This document shows, in pieces, positions 1-8,706 of a DNA stretch of 32,000 bases (position 1 is its first letter; each line of letters begins with the position of its first letter). A program made the position numbers and the translations under genes. This DNA comes from Cylindrospermopsis raciborskii Cr2010 (GTDB lineage: Bacteria; Cyanobacteriota; Cyanobacteriia; Cyanobacteriales; Nostocaceae): contig NZ_CP065936.1 of NCBI RefSeq assembly GCF_003367075.2, positions 180,001-212,000 on the forward strand. Direction: 5' to 3'. Below the pieces are notes generated by a model. That model was not told the DNA's origin. It saw only the letters and a program-made list of their open reading frames with translations, and made no database searches.

Positions 1-897
1 TCCACTGCTTGGTGATGGGATCTGAGGTACTGCAATGGCAACTCCCTCATTGCTCGCTGATGTTGGCAAAGGTAACTCAGCCGCATTAGGCAGATTAACT
101 TCCCGGTCAGGGGGAACTAAAGGAGAAATAGCAACTTGGGCAATTCTTTTGGGTGGAATAACAACCGGACTGGTTGGAGTAGGTAGCTCTTGTATACCCG
201 TCCCAGACTTAACTTGAGGAATGATCAGTTTCTGATTGACCCGCAAATCATGAGGATCACTCAGACCATTAGCCTGAATTAGCTCAGTCACAGAAGTTCC
301 ATAGCTACCAGCAATTTCCTCCAATGTATCACCTGGCTTCACCTGGTAGTTAGAAATTTCCTTTGGAGCCACAACTTGGGGAGTTGTCAGTGCTGTCAAG
401 GATTTTTGTTCTGAGAAGTTGTTATTGTTGATACTACTTGATTCTTGTGCCTTTTGAGGCAAGGAATTCAAATTGGTTTTTAAACGTTCCGATTTTTCTT
501 TTAGCTGGTTGAGTGCAAACTCTTGTTGTTCCCTTAGCTGGTCATCAGCAGTATTGTCAACCTCGGTAGGCGCTTCAATACTTTCTGGCACGCTTGCTAA
601 AGTGGGAGTTTGGACATCCAACTTTTCTGCCGTGATTTTTTCCACATCGGTTTCAGTCGTAGCTGAACCTACGAAGGCTGCTTTTTCACTGCCAACTGGG
701 GCTGCTGCTTGCGCTTGGTCGCTTTTTTGGGTGACAAAAAGGCTGGTGGCACCCATAGAAATTGCTAAACCAATCATGGCTGCTCGTGGTATTGCCCGGC
801 AATTACCCTTTTGATTTGTTTCATTCAAGGCAAATTGGAAACTGTCAGAATTATTTTTAACCACAGCGTTTACCCTCTTGTTTAATGCTCGATTCAA
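1..897 (-). CDS. LysM domain-containing secreted protein, N-terminal part only (gene runs off the window at base 1; possibly a LysM/M23-type cell-wall peptidase)
   Basis: Missing from the ORF track because it has no stop inside the window. My reverse-strand translation starts at TTG 897 (AGGAGG 6 nt upstream; in-frame GTG alternative at 864) and stays open for 299 codons to base 1. It contains a signal/TM-like stretch (AAMIGLAISMGATSLFV), a canonical LysM motif (YQVKPGDTLEEIAGSYGTSVTELIQANGLSDPHDLRVNQKLIIP) and a Pro-rich linker. The + ORFs 35-217 and 473-814 are low-complexity antisense shadows. Confidence 0.75.
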   Translation of the reverse strand, partial: MNRALNKRVNAVVKNNSDSFQFALNETNQKGNCRAIPRAAMIGLAISMGATSLFVTQKSDQAQAAAPVGSEKAAFVGSATTETDVEKITAEKLDVQTPTLASVPESIEAPTEVDNTADDQLREQQEFALNQLKEKSERLKTNLNSLPQKAQESSSINNNNFSEQKSLTALTTPQVVAPKEISNYQVKPGDTLEEIAGSYGTSVTELIQANGLSDPHDLRVNQKLIIPQVKSGTGIQELPTPTSPVVIPPKRIAQVAISPLVPPDREVNLPNAAELPLPTSASNEGVAIAVPQIPSPSSG

Positions 898-1539
898 AGA
901 TGACCTCCTATGATCAAACTTCGCTTAACTGATTTTGATCTTTCTTTTAAATGTCCGATGTTAATTCACGATTGGAACTACATCAAACCATAAGTCAAGA
1001 TCACATTCAAGTCACACTTACCAGAGATATTGACCCAAGATTAACCTGTTTCTCTGATTTAGACAAGTTCATAGTTGTTAGTAAATCTTAATTTTTTCTT
1101 GGTCTGCTCTGTTAATACACCTCACAAAATTCAAGATTGTTGCAATCAGGCGGTTTATGTAGTTACTGGGACTACCAAGAAACCATCCCCTTTACATCCT
1201 TAATACCCGGTTTTTTGTTCCCATCCGTTCTACCAATATCAAACTTTATGTCCTTGTTCCCTAAAAAACAACCGTACAAGTTTTTACTAGTTTCCCCACC
1301 TGATAAACCGTGTCTTAGATCACAATTTCCTAAAAGACTTGATGGTACTTACTTTCCACAATTTTACTCTCGAGAAAAAACCCTCTCAACAGGCTAAAAT
1401 CTAGAAATCAACAAGTGCAGGGAAACTAAGTTTGCTATATAAATTTCTTATATGTTGTTACTGCTACATATTACTACCTTCACCCTGAATATTACTGTGT
1501 AGTGGAAAGTCGTCTTTTGGTCATGCCTTCATTTTACTA

Positions 1540-2001
1540 TTATTTTAAATATCCCAACTGTCGTCGTGACTCAAATAAAGCTACAGCTACGCTCACTGAT
1601 AGGTTTAAGCTACGAACACCAGGTTGATCCATAGGAATGTAGAGGGTAGAGTCACAAATATCGAGAATATTTTCCGGTATACCCGTTGTTTCACTGCCAA
1701 ACAATAACCAGTCATCAGGGCGAAATTCGTACTGAATATAGTTAATATTGCCCCTGACGCTGAACCCTAGCAGTCTACCCCCTCTTTGCCGATGGACTTT
1801 GAGGAATGTGTGATATGATTCATGGTAGTTAAGTTTTACATGGGGCCAATAATCTAACCCTGCTCTTTTGAGGTAGCGGTCAGTGATTTCAAATCCTAAA
1901 GGGCCAACTAAATGCAGTTCGGTGGCCGTAGCAGCACAGGTACGGGCAATATTGCCTGTATTGGGGGGAATTTGTGGGTTAATTAAAACTACCTGAGGCA
2001 T
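1540..2001 (-). CDS. trmL: tRNA (cytidine(34)-2'-O)-methyltransferase, SpoU/TrmL family
   Basis: The 153-aa size fits. The N-terminus INPQIPPNTGNIARTCAAT...LHLVGPLGF and the C-terminal SLNLSVSVAVALFE knot motif are typical of TrmL/YibK. Confidence 0.85.
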   Translation of the reverse strand: MPQVVLINPQIPPNTGNIARTCAATATELHLVGPLGFEITDRYLKRAGLDYWPHVKLNYHESYHTFLKVHRQRGGRLLGFSVRGNINYIQYEFRPDDWLLFGSETTGIPENILDICDSTLYIPMDQPGVRSLNLSVSVAVALFESRRQLGYLK

Positions 2002-2092
2002 AAAATCAAAGACAGGTTTTTAAATGGTCAGAAACAGGTTTGGATCCGAATAGTTCGGATAACCTATAGGTTTTTCTTATATCTGGCAACTT

Positions 2093-3253
2093 TTAAGCAA
2101 TTGGGGAGGAACACAATAACTTGCTTTCTAGTTCTTTTTCCCGTTCGTGAGTACTAACTACCGCTTGTTTGATGACTTGCTGAATGTCTATTCCTACTTT
2201 GTGTAATTGTAGCCACTGCTGGGCTTCATTACCTTCCCGTAGTATTTTCTTTAAGGGGGAGAGAAAACAACTAAATCCTTTTTGTTTGGCTATTTTCCAC
2301 ACTTGTTCATACAACTGACTAATCCATTCTCTGGCTATAATAATACTACCATCTTGCCAGTGCTGTAACTTAGCGTCTAAACTGAATTTGGCTGCTGCCA
2401 TTTCGTTTTTATTTGTTAGGGTAATTAAATCATCCAATGAAAATTCGCTCTGTTTGAGTGGATCTATGTTATCATTCTCTATTATTTGTAACAGTCTTGC
2501 CTCTAGTAAAGCAGTAATTGCTAACAAAGAAATGGGATCTGTCACTAAGTCACAAATTCGCAATTCTAATCGGTTCAAATTATAGGGACGGCGATCGCCA
2601 TTAGGTCTAACGGATGTCCATAAATGGCGCACATTCCTCATAGTACCTGCTTCTAACTGAGACTCTACCCAGTTGATATGATGTGTATGACTAGTAAACA
2701 GAGGTACATAATTGGGGGTTTGAGGGAATAGTCCCCATCGTGTGGAATGATAGCCAGTAGCTTGACCATTTAAAAAGGGTGATGAAGCACTCAGTGCTAA
2801 AAATAGAGGAGCCTCTAAACGAATAACTCGACAAGCTCGCATCAAAACTTCCGGATCTGGTATACCAACATTAATATGCACACTAGCAGTTACTACCTTT
2901 GTGCCATAGGTTTGCTCAATGTAATCATGATATGGGTTAGTAATATCAGAGCGATAAAATCGGTCGCCACCTCCCAGGGATAAGGTACTTCCCGGAATTA
3001 GCGTATATTTATTTAATTTATCCAAGTTAGACAAATTATCTAAATACTTTCTTAAGCGTTGTCGAGGAAGCAGGAGGTTGCACAACTGATATTCATAGCT
3101 AGTGGATGGGGGAGTGATATATTCCACATTACGACTATCTGGTTCTCGCATAAAACCTTGTAGTTCTGAAACAATACGATCGGAGAGACCGACAATATCA
3201 CCCTCAGAAGTACCGGTATATATTTCAATTTCAAAGCCTTTTGTTAAGACCAC
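2093..3253 (-). CDS. gshA: glutamate--cysteine ligase, cyanobacterial/GCS2-type
   Basis: 386 aa with a GTG start and AAGGAG 8 nt upstream. The motifs KGFEIEIYTG, NVEYITPP, VTASVHINVGIP, LALSASSPF and LELRICD match my recollection of the carboxylate-amine/glutamate-cysteine ligase family 2. Confidence 0.7.
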   Translation of the reverse strand: MVLTKGFEIEIYTGTSEGDIVGLSDRIVSELQGFMREPDSRNVEYITPPSTSYEYQLCNLLLPRQRLRKYLDNLSNLDKLNKYTLIPGSTLSLGGGDRFYRSDITNPYHDYIEQTYGTKVVTASVHINVGIPDPEVLMRACRVIRLEAPLFLALSASSPFLNGQATGYHSTRWGLFPQTPNYVPLFTSHTHHINWVESQLEAGTMRNVRHLWTSVRPNGDRRPYNLNRLELRICDLVTDPISLLAITALLEARLLQIIENDNIDPLKQSEFSLDDLITLTNKNEMAAAKFSLDAKLQHWQDGSIIIAREWISQLYEQVWKIAKQKGFSCFLSPLKKILREGNEAQQWLQLHKVGIDIQQVIKQAVVSTHEREKELESKLLCSSPIA

Positions 3254-3295
3254 GTTATTTTGCTCCTTGGCTCTTTTAGATAAATTGTATCAAAC

Positions 3296-4138
3296 TTAAC
3301 GATTTTTGTCATCTAAGAGAAAATTAATCGTTTCTTGAGGTAAATCACATAATTCTGACAGAGAAATTCTACCTTCATCTAAAAAATAGCCAACCCTAGT
3401 GGATGCTGCTGGCAAAATTCGCTTACCACTGCGAATCTGTATCTGAAACTTATGCTCTGTGACGTCAAACACCACAAACAGTGATACTAACTTCCAAATC
3501 ATTTGAGTTGGTGGTAAGATTTTAAAACCCGTGACTATTTTCCCCGTCTCTGGTAGATGAAATGACAAATGAGAACTTTGGATAATTTCTTGTATATCTG
3601 TTAAGGTTAATACAGAAGTGTCCAAACTACCATCTTCCAAGTTGAGCAACAAGGACAAGTCTGGTAAATGCCTGGGCACGTCATGATTAAAAGCTTCCGT
3701 CGTCAGAGTAAATTTCCGCTCCAGAATATCTGTATTAGCGTAAATGTGTACATTGTAAGCTGGTTGAGGAACAGTTCCTTTTTCATAGAATAATCTACCT
3801 TCTTGAGTAACCGTGATTGGGGTTTGAAATGCCAAAGTTTGTAGAGATTGAAGAACAGAAATTGTACTGTGGACGAATACAGGGTCTAGAGCCAAAATTG
3901 CTGCCAACTCATCTGGTGTTGGTGCGGGTTTAAATTCTATTGCTGCACGAATAATAAACTCCTCCAAAACATTAAATGGGCGAGATTCCTTAATGGTTAG
4001 CTCTAGGGAATTTTGATACAAACTATAGCGAAATTGACGAGCAGCAAAAACGGACAAATTGGGATTTTTAATTTCAATTTCGCCGACCATGGTTTTCAGA
4101 TAGGGATCAATATTTTTATTCAAAGAAGTGGGAAACAT
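3296..4138 (-). CDS. hypothetical protein with a winged-helix-like central region; downstream partner of the giant helicase
   Basis: The track ORF is 3296-4195. I prefer ATG 4138 (MFPTSLNK...) because GGAGG lies 8 nt upstream. That start overlaps the helicase stop (4116-4118) by 23 nt. The segment FNVLEEFIIRAAIEF..PTPDELAAILALDPVFVHSTISVLQSLQ...ITVTQEGRLFYEKG reads like a MarR/wHTH fold. I cannot assign the beta-rich C-terminal ~150 aa. Confidence 0.7.
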   Translation of the reverse strand: MFPTSLNKNIDPYLKTMVGEIEIKNPNLSVFAARQFRYSLYQNSLELTIKESRPFNVLEEFIIRAAIEFKPAPTPDELAAILALDPVFVHSTISVLQSLQTLAFQTPITVTQEGRLFYEKGTVPQPAYNVHIYANTDILERKFTLTTEAFNHDVPRHLPDLSLLLNLEDGSLDTSVLTLTDIQEIIQSSHLSFHLPETGKIVTGFKILPPTQMIWKLVSLFVVFDVTEHKFQIQIRSGKRILPAASTRVGYFLDEGRISLSELCDLPQETINFLLDDKNR

Positions 4139-7100
4139 CAAAGAAACCTCCATGACGACGAACAATATTTGCGACTTGTGAATACATACCACCAACTACA
4201 CCGAGATTTTTGGTAAATAAATCATGACATCCAACAATTATTAGTAATTCTTGAGCGCGAGAAAAAGCGACATTAACCCGTTCTGGTTTTTTGGCAAAGC
4301 CCACATCTCCTCGTTCATTATTTCTTACCATACTCACAATAACCACTGGTCTTTCCATCCCTTGAAACCTATCTACTGTTCCAGTTCTGATATGTAATGA
4401 AGGAAAAAGTTCTGGAGTTAGACGCTCTTCAATTTTTCGTAACTGAGCTCCATAAAATGTGATTACGGCTATTTCCTTCTTGGGTTTTCCATTGGCTATC
4501 TTTTCCCACCAATTATCTTCAAATTGTTGACAGATTTTTTGGATCACGTCTATTTCCGCCATATTAAAAAAAGATGTGCCTAGCTGTTGTTCTTGAAACT
4601 TCTTTTCTTTGGGCATTTTTACCCAAATTAAATGGTCTTTTGGTCGCAGTAGAGTTCCTGCTAAGTTGTGGGCCCGTTTGATATCAGCTTCTAAGATACC
4701 ACATTCCAATTTCCCATGATAAAACTGATTAATTGCTCCCATAATAGTAGGGTGCATTCGATATTGGGTATTTAGCATTTGCTTAATGCTATCATCTGCT
4801 TTTTCAAACTGGAATTTAAATAGAGATTCCTCCACAAATCCAATTTCTTCTCTGGAGTTTTCCATTGTTTGAGCAACTTCCTCAACCGTATCGCTATCAA
4901 TCATGGGTGGTAGTTGGCGATGGTCTCCCACCATAACTAATTTTTTCGCTTTTAATGCGGGAATAAGTAATTCCGGTGGTGTGCATTTACTCACCTCATC
5001 AATAATCACAACATCAAAATATTTGAACTCTTCTGAGAAGTTATAATTTGCAGCTTGCACGCAAGTAATACCAACAACGTTAGCATTATCCAAATAAATT
5101 TGTCGTAGATCGTTGCTGTCTCTCTCAGAGGGTTGACGCAGTTTGGCTACCCAATCCTGGATAAATTGTTGATATTTACTTAGATAATTTTGTTGATTTT
5201 CTAGTTCCTGATGCCAAATATCAAATCTTGTTTTTATCTGATCTAGAAAATCTAAATTTAATAAATCTGTTTCTGGGTTTTTCGGTTTTAGTTTATCTGG
5301 TAGATCTTGTAAATGAATATCCCACCACTTTATTTCTCTGATTAAATCGTGGGGTATATCAGTTCCTAATTTTGTGGACATTTCTTCTAATTGGTCTTTT
5401 GCTTTCTCTAGTTTGCGCCATGATATTTCACAGTTTTGGGTGATTTTGATTAATTCTTCTGGCAATCCTTCTTGAATTTTAGCAAACAGGTCTACAGGAT
5501 TTAGTCCCGACTGCAAATTGTCTAGATTGGTGATGGAATTTTCCCATAGGTTAACCTGCTGGGTAAATTCTGGCTCTCTTTCCCAAATAGTTGCTGGTTT
5601 GGCTAGACATTCTTGGGTAATATTTTTTAATTTCGGAGGCAAATTTTTCTGCTTATATAGTTGTTTTAAAATTACCACAACTTGTTCTAGCTGATTTTTG
5701 ACATTCTCCTTAGATTTATCTACCATAGCTTGAGCTTTGGTAAGTTGTTCCGAATTCACTTTCTGCTGGTCTATAATTTCCCGTGATTCTTCTTTGGGCA
5801 AGTTATTTCTTGAATTATTTAAATTATTTATTTGTGCCTCCGTTTCTTTTTTTAGTTTGAGAATGCATTGCCGAGAATTGGTCAGAACCACATCTATTAA
5901 TTCTTGAGTAATATAATGGGCTGTAGCTTGAGAGCTATTCAATGTGTCTCTACTGTAGGTCTGTTCTAGTTGTACTAACCAGGATTGAGTGCTTTCAACT
6001 AGAATTTGCCTTTGTTTGTTACTCAAAAATTGATACTTCTTAAACCGTTGATAGATTCCTTGCCATTTTTGGCGATCGCCTTTTTGCAAAAGCAGGAAGT
6101 GTTGACTAAAATGTTGTTGTATAAACTCACTAAAATAATACTGTTTTCCCTTGACATTAGAGCATTTAGCACTAACTTCATAGGACATGGCTTTGATTAG
6201 AGCTTGCCATTCTGGTTGTTTTATTTGAGAATTTTTAGGGAGTATTGGCAACTGCAACTGATGGGCAAACATTAATAGTCCTAAAGGTAGATTCAGCATT
6301 TCTTCGGTTAGCAATACCTCAGAGGTTTGGCTATTAACCACTAAATCATAAATATGAGCAGAAGCATTCTTTTTCCATTCTTGAATAGCATCAATAATAT
6401 AGTTAATCTCTCGCTGACGATTCTCCCAGTCTTTGATACTTGTTTGTGCAGTTTTCCCCAAACTGCGATCTTGGGGAGGGAATTGCTTTTGTAATTGTTG
6501 TAAAGTTCCAGAATGCTTGTGAAAAACCTTGACCATTTTCACCAGATCGGCCATGGCCATGGTTCCGTCATAAGCATAACTAAATGTGGCTTGGAATCCC
6601 TCAATTTCCTGAGCTATATTTTCCTGTAACCATAGAGATAAGCTAAATATATCATCTTCAGGACAACTAATTCCTAACTGCTCCATATAATTTTTAGCTT
6701 GGGCCACTTTTTTCTGGAAACTTTTTGATAGATTGCCAGATAGATTATTTTCCACCCCATGGATTCTTATTCGCGATAATGTTTTCCTGATTTCCAAATT
6801 ATGACTGCTAATATTTTTCGTTCTCTTGGGTTGATTGAGAATATTCTCTAAATCAACTATTAGAGATTCCATATCCTGTTTATCCTGAATTAATTGGCTG
6901 TAAACCCTTTCTTCTTCCTCAAAAATACTATCTAGCTTGCTCTTTTCTGCTTTTAATTTTTGCTGTTGATAATTAAACTGCTTTATCGAATTATAATACT
7001 CCCTGAACCGTTCATAATTTGTCAGTAATCCTTGAAGAACCTGGATATTTTCCCAACGCTGATAAAGATTATTTTCACAGTCATGGGCGGTATTTTCTAG

Positions 7101-8492
7101 CCATCTTCCAATTACTTGGTCTTCCAGAAATGGTTGTCCTTCCTCTCCTACCTTTTCTGCTTTTCCTTTTCTCACCGCACGAATAGCTGGACTATGTACT
7201 AGCCGACTTAACGCGTTGTCAACTGCCAAATTAGCTTGGGAGGTAATTAAGGTACGACCACCACGCAAAGCTACTTGATAGCAAATTTCCGCTATCACCG
7301 TGGTTTTACCAGTTCCGGGAGGACCCTGAATCAGAACTAAATCCTCAGCAGAAAGCACCTTTTCCACGGAAGCTTTTTGTCCAGGATTGGCCGCAGGTAA
7401 TAATAAATCCTGAGATTGGAGCTTGATGGTTTTTTCAATTGGTCTTGCTTGGGAAGCATCAAACAGAAAATCTCCTAGATAGGGATTTTGAGTACGACCT
7501 TGTTTTAACTGCTCTAATGCCTTTTCTTTGCGTTGAATCTGTTTAATATCACCAGCAGCATCAAAAAACAAGTATCCCTTTGTTGGTAATTGATAATTTT
7601 CAGTTGCCATATACTCTATCAGATCTTGTTCTAGTCTGATATGAATAATGTTTCTTTCTAAGTCTATCTTTTCAATGGTTCCCAATTGACGACTGGTGCG
7701 ACGGATTTTTTCTGTAGGTATAACATCCGAAAATTTAATCTCCTGGTTTTTTGCTTGTCTTACCCTTTCCCAAAAATTATCCTCATTTATATAGTTCTCT
7801 TCATCTCCATCTAGGGTAGCTGAGTTAATATTAATTTTTAATGCAATTTCTCTTTGCTTTAAATCATAGTAGGAATTCACAAAATTGACACAAAATTGTC
7901 TAGCTTTGGCTACTCGCTCTTCTACTTTTAAGAATGCTTTCCACGCCCGCAATTGCTCTTCCGTGGGAACATGATTTCCACATATTGGCATTTTGACTAT
8001 TTGTGCTAAAGTCTTAGGTGGAATATGTACTGGTTCATAGTGATTAGGAACTAGTTGTAAGTTTAATGGAACAGCATAAGCGTCTTTTTTACCTCTTGCA
8101 ATTGGTAATAAATAAGTAGAGAGAATTTTTAAACCACCGTTACCATTTTTTTGCAGTGCTGCTCTTAAACCTAAAGTCTTGTCAAGTTCTTTTAATCTTT
8201 TTGGTAGTGTAAATTCACTTTCATCTGTAGCTATGATTAAATCTAAAATTTCTTCTTCTGTATCCCTCACATTACCTTGGCGACGAATATAAAACAGGCA
8301 TTTTTGTTTCCCCACGCATTCAAAAATGAGTTCATTAGCTCGGTCTTTTTTTTCTCTAAAGTTTGAATATGATTTAACTCTTTCTTGCCCTTCAAAACTA
8401 CGAATTAACCCATCTATTGTGCAATTTAATAGGCTATATCCCCAGATTTGTGACTGATTGATCTGTGACTGATTTTTGACTGAGTTTGTCAT
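4116..8492 (-). CDS. 1458-aa Upf1-like (AAA_11/AAA_12, COG1112-type) SF1 helicase with unassigned N-terminal region and a very long insertion in the helicase core
   Basis: Walker A is LIQGPPGTGKTT (aa 390-397, nt ~7300-7325) and motif Ia is TSQANLAVDNALSRL. Motif II VVIIDEVSK appears only at aa ~1165 (nt ~5000). It is followed by LVMVGDHRQLPP (III), NTQYRMHPTI (IV), VDRFQGMERPVVIVS (V) and VNVAFSRAQELLIIVG (VI). Confidence 0.9.
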   Translation of the reverse strand: MTNSVKNQSQINQSQIWGYSLLNCTIDGLIRSFEGQERVKSYSNFREKKDRANELIFECVGKQKCLFYIRRQGNVRDTEEEILDLIIATDESEFTLPKRLKELDKTLGLRAALQKNGNGGLKILSTYLLPIARGKKDAYAVPLNLQLVPNHYEPVHIPPKTLAQIVKMPICGNHVPTEEQLRAWKAFLKVEERVAKARQFCVNFVNSYYDLKQREIALKININSATLDGDEENYINEDNFWERVRQAKNQEIKFSDVIPTEKIRRTSRQLGTIEKIDLERNIIHIRLEQDLIEYMATENYQLPTKGYLFFDAAGDIKQIQRKEKALEQLKQGRTQNPYLGDFLFDASQARPIEKTIKLQSQDLLLPAANPGQKASVEKVLSAEDLVLIQGPPGTGKTTVIAEICYQVALRGGRTLITSQANLAVDNALSRLVHSPAIRAVRKGKAEKVGEEGQPFLEDQVIGRWLENTAHDCENNLYQRWENIQVLQGLLTNYERFREYYNSIKQFNYQQQKLKAEKSKLDSIFEEEERVYSQLIQDKQDMESLIVDLENILNQPKRTKNISSHNLEIRKTLSRIRIHGVENNLSGNLSKSFQKKVAQAKNYMEQLGISCPEDDIFSLSLWLQENIAQEIEGFQATFSYAYDGTMAMADLVKMVKVFHKHSGTLQQLQKQFPPQDRSLGKTAQTSIKDWENRQREINYIIDAIQEWKKNASAHIYDLVVNSQTSEVLLTEEMLNLPLGLLMFAHQLQLPILPKNSQIKQPEWQALIKAMSYEVSAKCSNVKGKQYYFSEFIQQHFSQHFLLLQKGDRQKWQGIYQRFKKYQFLSNKQRQILVESTQSWLVQLEQTYSRDTLNSSQATAHYITQELIDVVLTNSRQCILKLKKETEAQINNLNNSRNNLPKEESREIIDQQKVNSEQLTKAQAMVDKSKENVKNQLEQVVVILKQLYKQKNLPPKLKNITQECLAKPATIWEREPEFTQQVNLWENSITNLDNLQSGLNPVDLFAKIQEGLPEELIKITQNCEISWRKLEKAKDQLEEMSTKLGTDIPHDLIREIKWWDIHLQDLPDKLKPKNPETDLLNLDFLDQIKTRFDIWHQELENQQNYLSKYQQFIQDWVAKLRQPSERDSNDLRQIYLDNANVVGITCVQAANYNFSEEFKYFDVVIIDEVSKCTPPELLIPALKAKKLVMVGDHRQLPPMIDSDTVEEVAQTMENSREEIGFVEESLFKFQFEKADDSIKQMLNTQYRMHPTIMGAINQFYHGKLECGILEADIKRAHNLAGTLLRPKDHLIWVKMPKEKKFQEQQLGTSFFNMAEIDVIQKICQQFEDNWWEKIANGKPKKEIAVITFYGAQLRKIEERLTPELFPSLHIRTGTVDRFQGMERPVVIVSMVRNNERGDVGFAKKPERVNVAFSRAQELLIIVGCHDLFTKNLGVVGGMYSQVANIVRRHGGFFDVSHFFE

Positions 8493-8706
8493 GGATGTTC
8501 CTGATTCTTAATTTCTCTCACAAGTCACTGTTAGTGATTTCTTGTATGAGATGTTAGTTTTGAGTGTTAGTTTTTTCTAAGGATGATTTTAGGTGATTTT
8601 AATTTTCTAAGTCTTCCCCCATAGACAATACTAACATTCCTTAAAGATAATCCAAACAGTATATCATCTTATTCAGGTTTTTATTGAGATTTCCACTCTG
8701 GAATTA

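Noticed and set aside
35-814. Track ORFs 35-217 (+) and 473-814 (+)
   Set aside because: Their translations are low-complexity Ser/Ala/Val-rich strings. The opposite strand reads as a continuous LysM-domain protein with a signal peptide and RBS, so these are antisense shadows.
1137-1397. 86-aa + strand ORF in the long intergenic region
   Set aside because: It has a non-ATG start, no RBS, a Pro/Phe/Ser/Leu-rich implausible composition, and no recognisable motif.
898-1539. Possible c-di-AMP (ydaO-type) riboswitch upstream of the LysM cell-wall gene
   Set aside because: On the minus strand I found only weak resemblances (GGGGATGGTTTC; CAGTAACTACATAA) to the conserved GGGGUGAAUC and CAGCUAACCUCGUAAGC elements as I remember them. 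The pseudo-symmetric helices could not be drawn. An Infernal scan is needed before any claim.
3296-4138. Partner protein as a PLD/HKD nuclease (Mokosh type I-like pairing)
   Set aside because: The only His-Lys context is EHKFQIQIRSG, which does not fit the HxK(x)4D pattern. I saw no second HKD motif.
4139-4195. Longer start (4195) for the helicase partner ORF as given in the track
   Set aside because: That start would overlap the helicase gene by 80 nt and add an unconvincing MVVCIHKSQILFVV leader. ATG 4138 has a well-spaced GGAGG. ATG 4090 (MVGEIEIK) remains a possible alternative.
5130-7145. Rad50/RloC-like zinc hook at the apex of the helicase insertion
   Set aside because: All cysteines in the insert are isolated (for example HDCEN, ISCPE, AKCSN, RQCIL, QECLA, QNCEI). 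There is no CxxC pair.
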